Shown in pieces: positions 1-13,088 of a stretch of DNA of 60,000 nucleotides. The DNA comes from Botryllus schlosseri (taxonomy: Eukaryota): assembly GCA_051294905.1 (NCBI GenBank), contig CM119371.1, forward strand, positions 7,070,001-7,130,000, written 5' to 3'. The position numbers and the translations under genes are program-made. Position 1 is the first letter of the stretch. Every line of letters starts with the position of its first letter. Under the pieces are notes generated by a model. The model ran no database searches. It was not told the DNA's origin and saw nothing but the letters and a program-made list of their open reading frames with translations.

Positions 1-110
1 CCTACTTGAATTATGAAATCACAGTGATCGTTTTCTTGCTTCATTCGATGTAATTCTTCCATCATCTTCACTGAATGTTTCTCTACATTTGGACACACAA
101 TCTGCACCAT
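1..110 (-). CDS. 5' end of BTB-BACK-Kelch gene copy 1 (continues off left edge)
   Basis: ATG (cat at 108-110) then MVQIVCPNVEKHSVKMMEELHRMKQENDHCDFIIQVG, near-identical to N-termini of copies 2 and 3. Confidence 0.9.
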   Translation of the reverse strand, partial: MVQIVCPNVEKHSVKMMEELHRMKQENDHCDFIIQV

Positions 111-248
111 GATTGGCAATAAACCACAATATATAATGTTCCTACGATTATTGTACCACTAATATATAGTCAAGCGCTGTTATTGAAGTAAAGATGAGAT
201 TAGTTTTAACTCAAGACAAAAGTAAAATACCAACACGGAGATCGCACT

Positions 249-720
249 GGGTTAAAATAGTGCGCAGCTATCAGATCCGGAGCACGTCCGGTTGAAATAG
301 TGCGCAGCTATCACTGCTGTGGATATACTCAGCTATCGCAGCTATCACCAAAAATCGCAGACATACAGTTTATTTAAAGGTCACGTATCGTTTAGGGCGC
401 AGCTATCAGCTTCGGAGCACGTCCTGGTTGAAATAGTGCGCAGCTATCAGCTCCGGAGCACGTCTGAGTTGAAATAGTGCGCAGCTATCAGCTCCGGAGC
501 AAGTCTGTGTTAAAATAGTGCGCAGCTATCAGCTCCGGAGCACGTCTGAGTTGAAATAGTGCGCAGCTATCAGATCCGGAGCACGTCTGAGTTGAAATAG
601 TGCGCAGCTATCAGCTCCGGAGCAAGTCTGGGTTGAAATAGTGCGCAGCTATCAGTTCCGGAGCACGTCTGAGTTGAAATAGTGCGCAGCTATCAGCTCC
701 GGAGCACGTCTGGGTTGAAA
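249..720 (+). repeat. 41-bp tandem repeat (gttgaaatagtgcgcagctatcagctccggagcacgtctga), left arm of an inverted-repeat element
   Basis: 41-bp period (e.g. aaatagtgcg at 431 and 472); includes ~90-bp interrupting block at ~311-400; reverse complement of 1972-4831. Confidence 0.95.
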
Positions 721-810
721 CACTGCGAAAAACTTGATGCCAGTACCATTAAAACATAGGGATTATAGAAATATACCAGCTTTTATTATCGTTGGAGCCA
801 TTGTTTAATG

Positions 811-1158
811 CAGTGGTTCCCAACGTGGGCGATATCGCGGGGGCGAAAATGATGAACGGGGCGACAGGGGGCGAAAATGAAAAAAGGGGGCGACGGGGGG
901 CGAAAATAGCGAAGGGGGAGATAGGAGGGCGATGACGCGTCAAAACGGCGGGCCTTTTTTTTAAGTCAACCCACTGAAATTTAGTTACAAAATTGTGTCA
1001 AACTAGACATCGAGCCGAAAATTTGACCTTTTTTTTTTAGTCAACCCGCCGGTGATTACAGTTTGTATGCTCAATTTTCGGTACACAAAATATGGGGGCG
1101 ATGATCGATGTTGACCTTGAAAAGGGGGCGATGGGTCGAAAAAGGTTGGGAACCACTG
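811..1158. mobile_element. hAT (Charlie/Buster-type) MITE
   Basis: TIRs cagtggttcccaac/gttgggaaccactg; 8-bp TSD gtttaatg/gtttaagg. Confidence 0.9.
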
Positions 1159-1539
1159 GTTTAAGGGGTTTATAACTGTAACCGGCCAATTATCGTATTA
1201 TATTGCCGATTCCATTGTTTACGAATAGAGATGTAGCAAGAATAGAACATTTATTAACCGTACTGAAATATAATATAATATTGTGTATGGTAAAATTAAG
1301 ATATTCAAATGGAAAAAGGGGCATGGATTTTGAACTGATATTTTGGAATCATTTGATTGATGCGGCCCGCGACACAAGTTGAGTTTGAGACCCCTGACCT
1401 AGGCGATGTAAAGAGGAGGCATCAACACTGAATGAAAAGCAAGGAAGATAGTATAAAAAAAAATAGTGATTTAATCGACAGCGATTACTTGATGACTTGA
1501 AATTGACACGTAAATTTTGCTCCGAGTCATGACTCGAGT

Positions 1540-1970
1540 CAGGGTTGTAATGACTCGAGTCACAATTTTCTGATGACTCGACTTGACTCAAGTCATATTC
1601 TCAAAATACGGAAATGACTCGACTCGACTCGAGTCTATATGTGTACATGACTCGAACCAAGTCATATGACTCGACACTCAGACGGCCAAGACCGACATTT
1701 TATTGCAGTTTCGAAGAATAGTAAATTAGTCACCCTATTGTTACTGATACTTGAAAATGCGACCAGAAACTATTAAAAGTGAGGAAAATTAGTATATTAT
1801 AAATGCGAACCATTCGATATCACCAAACAGAGTTATAGAAAGTGGGTTTGACAAGACTATAAATGGAAAATGAGCAGTCAACACAATCACTTGGACTTGG
1901 ACTCGAGTCAAAATACCATGACTCGGACTCGAACCTCTGCTCGATGACTTGGACTCGGACTTGAATCGGT
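1540..1970 (-). mobile_element. truncated GACTCGAGTC-rich hAT MITE
   Basis: starts cagggttgtaatgactcgagtc; reverse complement of 18625-19201; cut off by the satellite at ~1970. Confidence 0.85.
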
Positions 1971-1971
1971 G

Positions 1972-4831
1972 GCTGCGCACTATTTCAACTCAGACTTGCT
2001 CCGGATCTGATAGGTGCGCACTATTTCAACCTGGACGGGCTCTGGATCTGATAGCTGCGCACTATTTCAACCCGGACATGCTCCGAATCTGATAGCTGCG
2101 CACTATTTGAACCCAGACGTGCTCCGGAGCTGATAGCTGCGCATAATTCGAGTCCACATGTGCTCCGGAGCTGATAGCTGCGCACTATTTGAACCTAGAC
2201 GTGCTCCGGAGCTGATAGCTGCGCATAATTCGAGTCCACATCTGCTCCGGTGCCGATAGCTGCGCACTATTTCAACTCAGACTTGCTCCGGATCTGATAG
2301 CTGCGCACTATTTCAACCTGGACGTGCTCCGGATATGATAGCTGCGCACTATTTCAACCCGGACGTGCTCCGGAGCTGATAGCTGCGCACTATTTCAACC
2401 CAGACTTGCTCCGGAGCTGATAGCTGCGCACTATTTCAACTCGGACGTGCTCCGAATCTGATAGCTGCGCACTAATTCAACCCAGACAAGCTCCAGCGCT
2501 GATAGCTGCGCCCTAAACGATACGTGACCTTTAAATAACCTGTATGTCGGCGATTTTTGGTGATAGCTGCGATAGCTGAGTATATCCACAGTAGTGATAG
2601 CTGCGCACTATTTCAACCTGGACGTGCTCTGGAGCTGATAGCTGCGCACTATTTCAACCCAGACTTGCTCCGGATCTGATAGCTGCGCACTATTTCAACC
2701 CAGACGTGCTCCGGAGCTGATAGCTGCGCACTATTTCAACTCAGACTTGCTCCGGAGCTGATAGCTGCGCTCTATTTCAACTCAAACGTGCTCCGGATCT
2801 GATAGCTGCGCACTATTTCAACCCAGACAAGCTCCAGCGCTGATAGCTGCGCCCTAAACGATACGTGACCTTTAAATAAACTGTATGTCTGCGATTTTTG
2901 GTGATAGCTGCGATAGCTGAGTATATCCACAGTAGTGATAGCTGCGCACTATTTCAACTTGGACGTGCTCTGGATCTGATAGCTGCGCACTATTTCAACT
3001 CAGACGTGCTCCGGAGCTGATAGCTGCGCACTATTTTAACCCAGACTTGCTCCGGAGCTGATAGCTGCGCACTATTTGAACCCAGACGTGCTCCGGAGCT
3101 GATAGCTGCGCATAATTCGAGTCCACATGTGCTCCGGAGCTGATAGCTGCGCACTATTTGAACCTAGACGTGCTCCGGAGCTGATAGCTGCGCATAATTC
3201 GAGTCCACATCTGCTCCGGTGCCGATAGCTGCGCACTATTTCAACTCAGACTTGCTCCGGATCTGATAGCTGCGCACTATTTCAACCTGGACGTGCTCCG
3301 GATATGATAGCTGCGCACTATTTCAACCCGGACGTGCTCCGGAACTGATAGCTGCGCACTATTTCAACCCAGACTTGCTCCGGAGCTGATAGCTGCGCCC
3401 TATTTCAACTCAGACGTGCTCCGAATCTGATAGCTGCGCACTATTTCAACTCAGACATACTCCGGATCTGATAGCTGCGCACTAATTCAACCCAGACAAG
3501 CTCCAGCGCTGATAGCTGCGCCCTAAACGATACGTGACCTTTAAACGACCTGTATGTCGGCGATTTTTGGTGATAGCTGCGATAGCTGAGTATATCCACA
3601 GTAGTGATAGCTGCGCACTATTTCAACCTGGACGTGCTCTGGAGCTGATAGCTGCGCACTATTTCAACCCAGACGTGCTCCGGAGCCAATAGCTGCGCAA
3701 TATTTCAACTCAGACTTGCTCCGGAGCTGATAGCTGCGCACTATTTCAACTCAGACGTGCTCCGGATCTGATAGCTGCGCACTATTTCAACCCAGACGTG
3801 CTCCGGAGCTGATAGCTGCGCACTATTTCAACTCAGACTTGCTCCGGAGCTGATAGCTGCGCTCTATTTCAACTCAAACGTGCTCCGGATCTGATAGCTG
3901 CGCACTATTTCAACCCAGACAAGCTCCAGCGCTGATAGCTGCGCCCTAAACGATACGTGACCTTTAAATAAACTGTATGTCGGCGATTTTTGGTGATAGC
4001 TGCGATAGCTGAGTATATCCACAGTAGTGATAGCTGCGCACTATTTCAACTTGGACGTGCTCTGGAGCTGATAGCTGCGCACTATTTCAACTCAGACTTG
4101 CTCCGGATCTGATAGCTGCGCACTATTTCAACCCGGACGTGCTCCGGAGCCGATAGCTGCGCACTATTTCAACTCAGACTTGCTCCGGATCTGATAGCTG
4201 CGCACTATTTCAATCTGGACGTGCTCCGGATATGATAGCTGCGCACTATTTCAACCCGGACGTGCTCCGGAGCTGATAGCTGCGCACTATTTCAACCCAG
4301 ACTTGCTCCGGAGCTGATAGCTGCGCACTATTTCAACTCAGACGTGCTCCGGATCTGATAGCTGCGCACTATTTCAACCCAGACGTGCTCCGGAGCTGAT
4401 AGCTGCGCACTATTTCATCTCAGACTTGCTCCGGAGCTGATAGCTGCGCACTATTTCTACTCAGACTTGCTCCGGATCTGATAGCTGCGCACTATTTAAA
4501 CTCAGACTTGCTCCGGATCTGATAGCTGCGCACTATTTCAACCCGGACGTGCTCCGGAGCTGATAGCTGCGCACTATTTCAACTCAGACTTGCTCCGGAT
4601 GTGATAGCTGCGCACTATTTCAACTCAGATTTGATCCGGATCTGATAGCTGCGCACTAATTCAACCCAGACAAGCTCCAGCGCTGATAGCTGCGCCCTAA
4701 ACGATACGTGACCTTTAAATGACCTGTATGTCTGCGATTTTTGGTGATAGCTGCGATAGCTGAGTATATCCACAAGTGATAGCTGCGATAGCTGCGGGAG
4801 CTGCGATAGCTGAGTATATCCACGGGGCCCT
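1972..4831 (-). repeat. 41-bp satellite array with higher-order structure, right arm of inverted-repeat element, ending in ...ccacggggccctg
   Basis: dozens of 41-bp monomers; the ~90-bp block ccctaaacgatacgtg...gagtatatccac recurs near 2511, 2852, 3521, 3945, 4695; variant monomers repeat at 2141 and 3110. Confidence 0.95.
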
Positions 4832-5626
4832 GGTCGCTGGTTTAGCTCAGTGTTTGGAAACGAAATCAGCGAAGCATTTTGTTTGTAGGCGTCATCTGAC
4901 GGATGAGTTTTTGGATTTGGAGGGTAGCTGTTACAGACAGGGTTCGGGTTAAATAATATTTTCATCATTTCAAAACACCACAAGACTGCGATACAATGTA
5001 AAGATATAAAGGTGTCGGAAAGAGTAGTCTCTGAAATCAGACACCCAAGTGGGCTTAGGCCAGGGGTTCTCAAAGGGTGGCCCATGGCGCACTGGTGAGT
5101 CTTAGGACATATTTGAGATGGGCCACACAGCTATCAGCCAACAGGAACGAAAATAATTACGATTATATCATAACTGGAAGTTAATGCTGAAGTAACCAAG
5201 TATTCTGACAGTGGCATACGTCGTATGCCGTTGAACAGAGTGTGCACTGTGCAATAACGTCTGACTGAAGTGTTCGGCAGATCGTATTACCATAGCCTTT
5301 ATAAAGACTATGGTATTACCATAGTATACCACTATTGCAATTTAATATCAATTTTTGTTGCCCAAAATAATAATAATCGTCCGCAACTAGTGGATAATTC
5401 AAAAGAACATCGTATATCAACATTCAACAATCGCATTCTCTACTATAGTTGCTGGCGATTAGGTCTACCCCTGACGTGTGTCAGCCGAAAATATTCGGTT
5501 TCATTTCAATATGAATATACTATACGACCGTATATTGAAGTCCTGTACCTCCAACAAGCTGCACTGAATGAAAAGTAAAGCAAGAATATAATACACAAGC
5601 TAGCCCTGCAAATAGGTACAATCTTT

Positions 5627-7220
5627 GAGCGAGATAGTGTAATGGTGATGCGTCCGGCTTCTCGAGCGGTAGGTCGTGGGTTCGATCCCCGGCCGGGTCA
5701 TACCAATGACTCGAAAATTGGTATCCGCAGCCATCCTGCTAGGCCTTCAGCAATCACGGATAGCGTGGAGGAGAAAAAACGGAGACGCAGACTAGATGAC
5801 CTCACTCCGTATCGCAACTCCATCGTCAAAGCATCTCGATGGTGCAGGCGAAAAAGAATATCACCTCTCTCTTTGAAAATATATGCATCCACGATGACCA
5901 GGCCTGTTTATTTTTGGATTTCTCCAAAAATAACAAAAATAGCCTAGTTTTGGATGTTTTCAAATTTGAAGGTGTTTTGAGCCCTATTACTACTGAAAAA
6001 TTCCACCAAACGTATGTTATTATCATGTATTCAAGTCCTCCAACACATAGATATCATCAGTGATCTTGATCTAACTTTCCAATACATTCTTAACAAATTT
6101 AGTCTTTGGCCTGAAGAATGCCTTCTAAAGAATATCAATCATTGCGAGACGCCCCGCCGAGACCCTCATCCCACTTGATTTTCGAGATATCGGCCTCGAA
6201 CCTCGCGATTGTGGAAAACATCGAGGTTAGTGGTCCAAAAATGAAGGAATGTCTACTTCTTCAAACTCTCCAATCTTCCAAGCCTTTGCTCCTCACAAGC
6301 GCTCGTCAGTAATGCGTTCGAAACCTCTGATCCTCCACGAAGTAGCGTGCCTCATTGAACTTGACAGCCCAACACCCTCTGACCAGAAAACCTTCCTTGT
6401 GGCGGTCCTCTTTGTCCCAGTACTCGCCTTGACACAGAGCCCGAAGGCGTTCGCAAGGCGCATGAGCTCCTGCTGCTCCATGATCAGAACGTCAAGACCA
6501 TGAAGCTTCGTGACGGTGGTGCTCAGCTCTGTGAGACCGTGACCATGCGATCGAGAGCGAACAGGTGGATTCACCACTGCAGCGAAGGTGCACACTCCGG
6601 ACTGTTCTCGTCCATAACCTAAAGGAGTTTGGTACGGTTTCCAGTCAACTAAGAGGCCACCCTCTTCATTGACAATAAACGAGCGACAACAAACTTGGGG
6701 CGCGCACTTTCCATCTACTGGATCAAGTTGTGTTGCCGTCTGAAGCATCAGCAGATCAGTCCCGTCATCGTGTGGACGAAGTGATCGTGACAGAAGTGGC
6801 GGTGTATGATTTCGCCGTTCCCTTTGCCTCACTCAAGCTGCCTTCCCGTCTTCTATATGTGTCGCACTGTGAAACTAGGAGTACAAAGGTGGAGGGGCGT
6901 GAGGGCAAGGTCAGCAGAAACGTGAAGTGGATTGAGTGGAAGTAGTTTTAGCGTTTCGGTGACCCCTCCCTCACATACATGCTGTTTTTGTGTGTTTTCA
7001 TGAGTTTTCTGGTCGTTTACATCGTTCTGACTTGTTTATTTTACTGAAAAACTTGAGAAAACATCATCAAAAAAATCTTATTTTTGGATGTTTTCAAATC
7101 TTATTTTTGGAGAATCTCCAAAAATAAAACCCATTATCCAAAAATAAACAGGTCTGACGATGACTGGAGATATTCAGTGCAGTTGTTAAGACTCTTAAAC
7201 GTGTGGCAGATGTATCACAA
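5627..7220 (+). mobile_element. tRNA-derived SINE, interrupted by a DNA transposon at 5899-7156
   Basis: A box tagtgtaatgg (5635-5645), B box ggttcgatccc (5679-5689), non-tRNA body; absent from paralogous sites (~25628, ~35789); 3' end approximate. Confidence 0.8.
5899..7156. mobile_element. non-autonomous hAT-like element with GC-richer internal segment
   Basis: TIRs caggcctgtttatttttgga/tccaaaaataaacaggtctg; perfect 8-bp TSD acgatgac. Confidence 0.9.
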
Positions 7221-8398
7221 AACTATTTTCTACATTTCAAAATGTAGGTAGTTGGCCTAAACAACAGTTCAACTAGTAATTAAAGTACAATTTTAAAATG
7301 TCACCACTAGGTTATGTAGTGCAATTAAGCAAAACGTACTCAACTGCTGGGAACATTGAGCTATATAAACAGGTACAATCTTCAGCAATATATTCGGTTA
7401 CGATAACAGGCTCTTTTACGCACTCCGAATGATAATTTCACTGACGCAAGTTTTCCCAAAACTATTTTTTTACTTTCCAAAACCCAAACTGTGTGAAAAC
7501 TAGTTTGTATATAATCTGTTCAAGAAGTAGATTCCATATCCGGCCCGCCGAGAAGTTGCCCGCTCCTGTTACATAAGGTTTACCACATAATATCAGGTCG
7601 ACAACTTGCTAGATTCCCAATCTCAAGCTTTCGATACAGCTTATTTTTACTAACAGTAGACAAGTAACAAACCAATCGTGTCTGCTTCATTTCACAGAAA
7701 TTTATGAGAATTTATTGCTCTTACGCAGTTATAAGCAACAGATAGGACAACAAAGATAGAGAGACATTGACTTTCATGCTTAAACTGAACACAGTCGTGT
7801 CTTAAATATAGTGTTGATATATTTATAAAAAAACTGCTCTGCTAAAGCCTCAGGTTCCGCGAACAACAACCCAATACTATTCAAAAACTGAGACAAAGTG
7901 AAGATGTCAAACTAGCTGTAGTAACTAGAGCGAAAGAATCAAAACTCCTGTTCAATCATCTGTACACAGCCAGTATTAGAATGTGCAACCTAAATTGCAT
8001 GTCTTCCCTAAGAGAAGAAAGAGTCCGTATTTTGGCTCTGGAAAGTGCAAAAAGTAGCGGTTTTCTGCCTTTTCATTGCCGTGGCCCAACTTCCATTTTG
8101 CAAATATGCCAGGACGCACCATTCAGCTTCAGTATTCTCTTAAGCGGCGGCAATACGACAGGTTTAGGCCCAGCAGTTCATATCAAATCATAGCTCGTTC
8201 TCATGAGCACGAGAATGGCAAATGTCTCTATATGAATGTATCGCAAGCTTGGACGTTTCAAACTATACAGTTCTTCTATAGTCTTGATAGGAAAAACTGG
8301 AAATTAGAGTGGAACATTTCCCAAATTATATTAGAATTAGAGCAAGAAACATTTCACAAATTACATTAGAGTGTGACTACTGGCATGTTCCTCTAATT

Positions 8399-9087
8399 CA
8401 GTGGTTCCCAACCGGGGGGAATTCTCCCCTTGAAGGGAATTTTGAAATTTTTAGGGGGAATCTGGCTTTGGCATCGTATCGGAAGACACACTGGGTTTAA
8501 AGGTTTTTTGATTTTTATGGTATAGAACTGTTGAATAGAAATTATTTCTTTACAATTGTATGTTTCGTTGGCGGATTTCAAGCTAGGTGTATGTTTAAGT
8601 ACCTTCCGTAGATATTACACCCTCTGATAAAGTGAGGCTCACGAGACGATTTCGTTGGGTCTGCGACAGCCTCTCGACCAAATTTCTACTAAGCAGTAAA
8701 TCGTCAAGCCGAATTCAGCACAAGGCCGCTAGTGAAATCGTTTAACTTTTTAGGCCAACATATGAGCTAAGGTGAAAAACATACCAAATTAATCGATTCA
8801 ACTCAAGTCCATAGCAAGCGGACTGGTGATTTATTTTTCGTCAGCGGCAACCCGACCGATAAAAGACAGGTCAAATTTGACTGTACTTTACCAAAGTTTA
8901 GTGCGGTCCGCATTCGCCATAGTACGGACATATCTCAAAATGTTTTGCCATTAATTGATCAGTCAAAAAATGGTTGCGCGTTAAAAAGCACATTTGTTTA
9001 GTCACAGGCAACTTTTACCCAGGAGGGGAATTTTAGCTCAAATATCGGCCAAGGGGGGCACGAGACGAAAAAGGTTGGGAACCAATG
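8399..9087. mobile_element. hAT (Charlie/Buster-type) MITE
   Basis: TIRs cagtggttcccaacc/ggttgggaaccaatg; TSD ctctaatt both sides. Confidence 0.9.
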
Positions 9088-9095
9088 CTCTAATT

Positions 9096-9943
9096 CAGTG
9101 GTTCTCAACCGGGGGTCCGCGAAGCATTTTCAGGGGGTCCGCGAAGCCTCAAAATAACTGATAACCTAATTTTCTATGTTTTTAGTTTCAAAAAAGCCCG
9201 AGGCAGTTTAGCTTCAATAATACTAAAACTCCAGAGCTCACATCAATAGAATGGTCATCTGAGAGGAAATATCCTACTGTGCAGACTCATTTTAATTGCT
9301 AAATTGCCAATAGCCTGCTGAAACAAACATTTTGCAGTTTAGAGATGTTTTGTTGGGGATTGTGGAAAAAAATGGATGAGTAAGGTCAACCACGGTGACT
9401 TCGAAATGTTTACAAAAATCTATTTTCTCCTGTGATATACTCAACCATTTTCCCTAATAACTTCACGATAAGCTGCTAGATAGAAATGATCAGGCTTGAC
9501 GTTATATGTTCATTAAATTTTTTATTTAATTCTGGGGCCATATTTGTTACGATCATACCCGAATGTATCGTTGGAAACGCTATGCTTTATTATTACATTT
9601 GCCTCCACCTATATTTGTGGAAATGGATTTTCGGCACTCGTTCATATCAAATCGAAGGCGCGGATTTTCAAGACACGACCACATATTTCAGGGAATGCAG
9701 TTGCAGAATTCGCCTTGAAATAATAGAAGTCTACCCAATTTCTACATGTATAGTATGATCTTATTTTTAAGAGCGGTCATTTTTTTTGCTGTTTATCAAT
9801 AGGCCTACAGTTGCATATTTGCACCAGACATATGAGGATTGCAAGATAATTCAGCTAAATTTGAACTAAAACTTCGTGAGGGTCCGTGGGGTCCGTGACG
9901 GCCCGAAAGGGGTCCGCGAAGGTAAAAAGGTTGAGAACCACTG
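9096..9943. mobile_element. hAT (Charlie/Buster-type) MITE of a different family, abutting the previous one
   Basis: TIRs cagtggttctcaacc/ggttgagaaccactg; TSD ctctaatt both sides. Confidence 0.92.
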
Positions 9944-11581
9944 CTCTAATTAGACCTAAAATATCCAGTTGTCCAAGTCTGTCTGGACCGTATCCGCCTT
10001 TTTGGGGTCTATTGTTTGATTTGGGCGTCCGGCTTGGATTATAAATTGGTGCCTGCAGTGTGCTTTGCCCGGTCACTAGATGTCGACAAAGTGAAAGAGG
10101 CGCTTTTCGTAACGAGTTCTCCCTTGAAAAATCTGAAATTTTGTCAGGGCCTGATTCTATCGTCCTGAGTCGTGACAACCTGTGACCCAGGAAGCGGAAC
10201 GTCGCGCAGGACTGGGCCGGTTCACGTCCTTCTCGATCTGCAAAAAATAGCAGGGGGTCAGTCAATACTAGCAGTGGAATCACAAGATTTTAAAGGTATA
10301 TTTCTGAGCCCCATCCCGGGATTAATTCTATTGAAATCCCGAAATTTGGAGAAAGCTTCTGCCACACCTGATGTAACGCTTACTTTGCTTTTAAGCAGCA
10401 TTAAAATATTAGCTGACAGTCTTGAACAGTCTACTTTGCTGATATAATAATACAAACTATGGAACAAAAATGAACTGTGCCAGTGGTCTACATCTTTTTC
10501 GAAATGGCTCTATATTTTGTAGTATACGCAAATCTTGTCCAGTTCACCTTCACATAATACATCAAATCCATAGTAATCCTAATCGGAATAGGGATGGGTA
10601 AGGCTGCTACCCTTCAGAAATGCTAATGCTAAAAACTAGTCTACGTTAGAGAGTATTGGATCCCGGTCTAACAGTGGTCTTCAACTGGGGCCTAGGAAAC
10701 ATTATAAGGAAACTGCGCGCTTATGGACAAATATAGTATTGGGAGCTAGGGTATATTATGTGAAGCAATTTTGCTTCTAACTGCTAAAACTTCATGGCTT
10801 ACATCAGTCGAATGACCGTTTGATACCAGATATCAAACTGTGCCAGCTCATTTTAACTGCCTGCAAGCCATTTAGTCAATGGGTAGCCCTAATGATACAA
10901 ACATTTCGCTGTATCGGGCTGATTTGTTGAGGTTTGTGCGAAAACTGCAAATTAGGAATAGAAAGGTCAAACATGGCGACAATAATAAGAAACCGCATTA
11001 ACGAAGATACTCTCAATGTTCCCATGATTTTACGTCGGTGTTACAATAAATGAATGTGGCATGCATGGGTATTTTTTCAGTTCGCTAATCCTGGAATTGG
11101 CGAGTACAAATCACAATCTTGCGATTTCAATTTTGATCCCGAAATCCCAACCCTCGTCAATACACCCACGCAGGGGGGGTGACCCCAAAAAACTCACCAT
11201 CTTCCGTGGGTCCCGCACCTATTTTGATATACCATCTTGACAAAATGATTGCACAAATGATAGGAATCTGAACTTGTACTTCTTAAGGTTTCGTCTGTAG
11301 GTTTCGTCTACTTCTACAACTACCTCAAGTGGTTAGTTTTTATTTTTGAATGTAAACATGGAATGGCAATGACTGATTTTGCAGCAGCGAATGTACGATT
11401 TCTGGCAATCCAAAAGTTATCTTCCAGAGCGCAGAATTTACTGAATCTGGTCTTGATCGAAAGCTACTGTCGCACCGAATCCGAAAATGTGAATTAAAAT
11501 ATGATCAGGCACTGAACCACCCCGAATTCACCCTCCAAGTCTGAATTACCGGCATTGTCCAAACAATGGAAGAGCCGCAAT

Positions 11582-11755
11582 CAATGTTCCCTCTAATTTT
11601 TGACGAGTCTGTGCACACTCACCAACTCACCGCGCACGTAATGACTAAAAAAAGTCATCACTTCGGATATTTTGTGCGCAACTTAGATTTTCTGTGCGCA
11701 GAGACAGTGTCAGCACTACGCATTTGCACACGTGCGCAGCTTAGAGGGAACATTA
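11582..11755. mobile_element. short hAT MITE
   Basis: TIRs caatgttccctctaa/ttagagggaacatta; TSD gccgcaat/gccacaat. Confidence 0.85.
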
Positions 11756-13088
11756 GCCACAATGCGTCATTGTTTTGCGGTCATCCGATTGTTCTGAATA
11801 ATGCAGATTATAAATGTTGAGGTTGATTTTTCATCCGAGTAGGGAGTCTGGCCATATTTTCATTCATAATTTCAGAATCAGTGCGACAGTAGCTCTCGAT
11901 CAAGGCCAGATTCAGTAAATTCTACACTTTGGAGGATAACTTTAGGATTGCTAGAAATCCTACAGTCGTTGCCGCAAATTAAGACTGAATAAAGCCTCAG
12001 CGAAGCAGAACGAAGTTGCAGAATTGGTTGTTGCCATTCCATGTTTACATTCGATAGTTTTTCTACTCTAGCACTTCTACTTTTTGGAAAAACTAGTTGC
12101 TCGTTACACTTTGGATTTCGCAAAGTGGAAGGTAGTTTTGTGACACTTGTAATTCTTACTTAATTGATGACGATTTCAAACTACTTCCATTTCTACTTAA
12201 GTTTTTAGGAAAAACTATTCGTTTATTATAGTAGATAGTAGTTTTGTGATAGTCTTGCAACTTGCGTGGTAGCAATTTTAAACTACTACCAGCTACAGTT
12301 TTTCGGCAAAACAGAGATTACTTACGGTACTTTTTTACATATCTGGAAATCACGATTTCTATCTGTACTTCAGTAGAAATTTCAATGCTACTTTTCCTTT
12401 TATTTGAGTAACGATGATGAACACTTTGATCAACTACACTGCTGGAACACAACGATGTCGATTCACCCCCAACTCAACCTTCACTCACATTTGTCACCCA
12501 CCTTTTTAAATCAGGATCAACCAAATTTTCCTGCACGCAGACGAACCAGCAGGGGGACCTGGGGCACTTTCTGGCGGATCACTCCCGCTGATGGGCCGAC
12601 CTTCGACCAGTTACGTGACGGGCCGGAAATCCATCCCGAACGAGGCGGACCCTGGAATAAAACGGGGTCCGTTTCTTATGGCAAGAGGAAGCAAATTGTG
12701 ACATAGACTCAATTAAAATTACAATTGTAACTACACAGTTATTTCCAAATTAGATTAAAATAAGAACAATAGCTATACATTTTTTCCATATGAGATTAGA
12801 ATTAGATCTACCCAGTGTGTTCCAAATCAGACTAGAATTACAGAATTTGCAAAAACTTGGACATGGAATGAAGTTCAGTTCATATCAAATCACAGATTTT
12901 TCTCATAAGTATGAGAATGGCAAATGTGAAGACACCAAGCTTGCCTCGATTCAGGTGACACAGACACGTAACCAGACAATGGATTAGAAATAAATTGAGA
13001 GCAAGGTAACATTTCACAAATGAGATAATGGTATAATTAGTCTCATTACAACAACTAGAATTACCGTAACTGGTTGTCCACGTCTGCA

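Noticed and set aside
1972..4831. CRISPR-like array
   Set aside because: Monomers are contiguous with no unique spacers, there are no cas genes, and the context is eukaryotic
4615..5085. 156-aa ORF
   Set aside because: Runs through satellite, TE and spacer DNA; frame not conserved in paralogous units
5627..5700. tRNA gene
   Set aside because: A/B boxes present but no proper acceptor stem; continues into a SINE body and is absent from paralogous units
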